Below are positions 59,554 through 64,000 of a stretch of 64,000 bases of DNA, piece after piece. The notes beneath the pieces are model-generated. The model worked only from the letters and a program-made list of their open reading frames with translations, searched no databases and was not told where the DNA came from. The DNA lies in the NCBI GenBank assembly GCA_964016885.1, contig OZ024743.1, positions 117,180,001 to 117,244,000 of the forward strand. Reading direction: 5' to 3'. Every line of letters starts with the position of its first letter. The stretch's first letter is position 1. This DNA comes from Eledone cirrhosa (lineage: Eukaryota). The translations under genes were made by a program, and so were the position numbers.

Positions 59554-59822
59554 CATAGATAGTCCAGAATTAGCCGTCGAAACCGCTTGAGCTCAGCCGT
59601 CGGAGTCCTACTTGTTCCTATTACCCACTCTACTACCCTAAGTATTGAGTACTTTGGTGCGTTATGGTATATATATATATAACGAAGGAAATGTGGTAAG
59701 GAACCAGATGGACCATAACGCACCAAAGTACTCAATACTTAGGGTAGTAGAGTGGGTAATAGGAACAAGTAGGACCCCGACGGCTGAGCTCAAGCGGTTT
59801 CGACGGCTAATTCTGGACTATG

Positions 59823-59862
<40 letters not shown>

Positions 59863-60009
59863 TGCATATATATATATATATATATACATATACAATATAT
59901 TAACAAATGGAAACTATATTTATAAAACCATATTTATTTCATTATACATATTTCAAGGACACCAAAGCAAATTATGGTGCGCTTTCATCAGATAAAATAT
60001 AATATAGAT
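59351..60009. repeat. Composite palindrome of about 310-bp arms (W element + microsatellite + B element)
   Basis: 59351-59668 reverse-complementary to 59712-60009; hammerheads at 59363-59427 (+) and 59935-59999 (-). Confidence 0.9.
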
Positions 60010-60232
60010 CAGTTTGATAAACAAATATTGATATACCCTTAAAAGAATGCGACTATGTCTGTTGGAAGCTCCCGGATAGTGGGGTTACTAATTTATTATT
60101 GGTCTATTATGCAAATTAGTGTCGGAGAGGTTTAAATCCCATACATTTAAATTAAGCCGTTGGAATAGGGAAAAAAAGGAGAAAAAAAGAGCAAACCCAA
60201 AGAAGGAAAACAAACGAAAAGAAAAGGAAATC

Positions 60233-60405
60233 CATTTGCTTTGGTGTCCTTGAAATATGTATAATGAAATAAATATGGTTTTATAAATATAGTTTCCATT
60301 TGTTAAAGATATTGTATTTTTACTCCAAAAATTTTGTTGAGTGCTTTATATCAGTTATAAAAATATTTGTTTGTTGTATCCCAACAAATTAAATATAACT
60401 TCTAC
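60233..60405 (+). mobile_element. Family W 3' part, inverted relative to the copy at 59897
   Basis: starts inside stem II of the hammerhead and ends AATATAACTTCTAC(AT)n. Confidence 0.85.
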
Positions 60406-60415
60406 ATATATATAC

Positions 60416-60446
<31 letters not shown>

Positions 60447-60540
60447 CATACATATATATATATATACATATATATAAATATGTATACATATATATATATA
60501 TATACATACATATATATATACATATATATATATATCTATC

Positions 60541-61390
60541 TAGGGCGGGTAAAATTCCCGAGATCCATGGACGAGTTCTCTCCAGCGGTCTCTGTCCCTC
60601 ATTATCGCAGCCATGTTCTGCATCTCCAACAAACCAGTGTCTGTCCTTAGGGCATCAACATAAGTTAACCTTGTTCTTCCCCTTCCAGTGTGTCCATGTA
60701 GAGGCTCCCACAGGAGCACTGAGTGCAATGTCAACTCTGGATGTCGGTGAGCATGTCCAGTCTCCTCTGTGTCACTTTTGAGCTGACTTTTGCGAGGCTC
60801 CCATACAGCTCTGAGTTTTTCATCCTCAGTGTATACTGATTAATGTTCAGAGCCATCCTCAGCATTCTCGTGTAGCACCCATTCACCATCTGAGTGAGTT
60901 TCTTGGTCAGTGTCCTTTTTATCATCGTAGTCGACTATTGTGCCTTGCACTGAAGAAACACCAGGACACTTTACTGTAGCACCGGCTCAGAGCAGGAGAG
61001 TTAAGGCGAAAAAGGTATCAGATGCTGAATTTGTCGACGACATAGTTTTGGTTACAAATACAGTGAAGGAGGCAGAGGATTTGATGCAGGAGGTTGAGAC
61101 TGTGTCGATGAGTGTGGGGCTGAGAATGAATGAGACTAAAACAACATATCTGGTAGAGAATGTTGAGAAGCCAGAGGGGATCACTAATATAGGGGGGAAG
61201 CCGCTAGAATTGGTTGAGGACTTCCTGTATTTAGGAGCAAAGATTGGGAATACGGAAGATGATGTGGTTGAGAAGAAGAGCAAAGCCTGGACGGCGTGCC
61301 ACAGCTTGAGATCGGTGTGGAAGTCGGCCCTTCGTAAAGACCTGAAAATCTGCCTCTTCATTTCTGTAGTGGAATATGTGCTGCTGTACA
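60541..61390. mobile_element. RTE-clade LINE with 5' inversion
   Basis: minus 60541-60915 encodes the C-terminus (TLTKKL...CYTRMLRMALN...LLWEP...GRGR); plus 60940-61390 encodes RT (EFVDDIVL...GLRMN..KT...DFLYLG...VLLY). Confidence 0.9.
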
Positions 61391-61696
61391 CACACACATA
61401 TATATATATATAGATATGTACATACATATATATATATATATTACAAATATATATATATATATAAATGTGTGTGTGCGCGTGTGTGTGTCTGCGTGTGTGT
61501 GTGTCCGGTTTAATCGCGGGTAACTACACTAAGTGAAGCACTTCAAACATTAGTAGAAAGCCTTGCTTCCCTGACGATTTCTTACAAATGAAACAGTTCA
61601 AGTCCTGTGGAAGCCATTTCTTTATTAAATAATATATATGTACATATATGTGTGTGTGTATGTGTGTACGCACATACAGACACAAGCACATATGTA

Positions 61697-62980
61697 TTCT
61701 TCCTCCTCGTCTTCTTCTTCTTCGCCTAATTGTTCCAACGGGTTCGGCCAGATGCAATCGACTCCAGCTGATCTGGTAGGATCCCCAAGCGAGACCAGAC
61801 AAGCTCATGGATGTTATCCAAGCATCTTGGTCAGGGTCTACCTCTGGGAACCATGCCGATTGGTTCTGTCCGTAAAATATTTCCAGCGAGCCTTTCATGA
61901 GACATTTTAAAAACATGTCCACAATAACGGAGCTGTGAGTCTCTGATGTCCGTGCTACGCACTCTATTGAGTAATGTTATTCGAAACACCATTCGGAGTT
62001 AGCCAATTTCGGCTGCTTGCATTTGGTATCGTGTCCTTTCGCTCATTACCCAAGATTCATGACCATAATAAGGGTTGGCCTGAATACCGTATTGAAGACT
62101 TCCACATTGAATGGTTTCGATTTAACACCATTAATCCGAACACTAATACTCGTGCATTCGTGTGGAGACATCTGGTCAAGAAGCTGCCCATCGATATCAT
62201 ACTCCTACAGAACCCTCCAAGACAGGTCCAGAGAAACACAGTCGTATGCCTTTTCGAGTTCTACAAAACAAAAAAAAACAGCTCTTAGCAATACTCCCAC
62301 GATTTCTCGAAGACCTACTACAGTGTGGATACTTAGTCGGTCGTGCTGCAATATCAGAGTCACGGAACTTTGTTATGGAAACCCCAACTATATCTAGCCG
62401 GAAGTATTTAGCCTCCTCAAATAGATCCTGTTAAAGAATTGTGATGTTCCAGGTTCAAATTGTCATCGTTTTCTCCCTTCCGAACCCTCCTTGGAGGCTC
62501 GGAATACGCAATCTTTGTGTATCCATCCCAGGCCTCCCGGACAGGTCGCAAACCCATCGCCAGTTTTTTCGGCATGAGATGGAGAATCCAATATATTTTT
62601 CGAAGTGGTCTCCCTATCTAATGACTGAACACGTCCCTTGATAACCCGCACGAAGGGTGACGTGTGATTCGTTTTTGTACCTCTCACCATGTTTCAGTTT
62701 TGGAGGTCTTATTGGCGCCAGTCACCAATCTGTTACTTTCTCAAACCCGCGAAGAGTAGGAGTTTTTAGAGGCGGCCTTTATTTAATTCGTCATAGCTAC
62801 ACGGGTTTGTGAGAGATTCTTTGGGAGCAACAGGTGACACCCATTTTTCCAGCTGTTTGTTCGGAGTTTCTTATTCGTCTGACATTGCCCGCTTATATCT
62901 CAACTAACCATCAAAACTGGTGGTCGCATCGCTATCCACCACCTATGACCTGTTCTCTAGCTTAACGGGTCTGCCTAGAA
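61697..62980 (-). mobile_element. Internally deleted RTE (Expander/Rex3-like) LINE
   Basis: minus translation CFVELEKAYDCV...WRVL*EYDIDGQLL...VRINGVKSKPFNV; 3' end homologous to 57856-58150; (GAA)n tail. Confidence 0.8.
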
Positions 62981-63249
62981 CACATATATATACATGAAAT
63001 AATTATTATGTCTGATTTTCGTATAAAGGAAATAATAATATTATTATGAAGGCTGAATTCTGAATTTGCCACAAAGCCTACAATTTATGGTGAAGTGAAA
63101 GTAAAATATGTCGGCTTCAGTAATTGGCTGATACTATCGAGTCGTGGGGCATAAACATCAAATTTGAACTTAGTGTATGAAGAACCAGATCAATGTTAGA
63201 TAGTGTCTTATTTTCTTCAAACGATACTAAAACATCCGTCCCGATCTCT

Positions 63250-63550
63250 CCATTCACAAAGAGCAAGACTTTCCTGGTATAGGTATTTGGTCTTGCAGAA
63301 CTAACGGATTAAAGAATTTTAAAAGATTTTGTTGAGGTAACCACACTCACTCCGCAGCTCCAGTTCTGGTTTCGGGAAAAAAATCAATAGAGAGCAAATA
63401 CAGCGACTACTACATAGAAGATCCAGGCCTTCATCAACCAGAGATACGGGAAGTAATACAACAACGAAGCCTTTTGGGTGAAATGCTATCAGACTCTGTT
63501 GAAACGGAGACCAAGACAATGGCGGGAGCCTTGCGAAGAAAACTTTTTAA
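63250..63550 (+). mobile_element. Possible Tc1/mariner remnant
   Basis: KIQAFINQ segment weakly resembles the mariner HTH region; heavily degraded. Confidence 0.25.
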
Positions 63551-63562
63551 GGTGTGATGATA

Positions 63563-63646
<84 letters not shown>

Positions 63647-63922
63647 ACACACACACAGATACACACACACACACAAACAGACCCTCCATCTCAACTCTAC
63701 TTTTGAAAAGCAGAAGAACTACGAAACCGGTAAAGGAACCAAATAAATATATATATTTTTTAAATAAGACTCCAGTTGCATTTTCGATTTCATCTTTTTT
63801 TCTTTATACTTTCACTCGTGTAGGAGACCTCGGTTATTTTTCATTTTGTAAAAAAACCTCACTTTCTAATATATATATATATATATACATATACATACAT
63901 ATATGCGTACATACATGTGTGC

Positions 63923-63971
<49 letters not shown>

Positions 63972-64000
63972 TGTGTGTGTGTGTGTGTGTGAGTGTGTGT

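Overview
AT-rich, repeat-saturated eukaryotic DNA, most likely from an octopod cephalopod (inferred from the SINE types and the extreme (TA)n/(CA)n load). No intact protein-coding gene is evident, and almost all ORFs in the supplied track are microsatellite translations. The window holds about 15 copies of a young tRNA-derived SINE and fragments of CR1, L1/Tx1 and RTE LINEs, one with a twin-priming 5' inversion. It also has two Penelope-like GIY-YIG remnants, a possible decayed Kolobok-type transposase beside 2.7 kb of degenerate telomere-like repeat, and a possible SOCS-box pseudogene. The most striking structure is a dense, multi-family set of short non-coding elements inserted into (TA)n tracts. 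Many carry type I hammerhead ribozyme motifs with family-specific palindromic stem III, and many end in a foldback or carry direct terminal repeats, consistent with Penelope-mobilised retrozyme-like RNAs. All assignments were made by eye without searches, and element boundaries are approximate.
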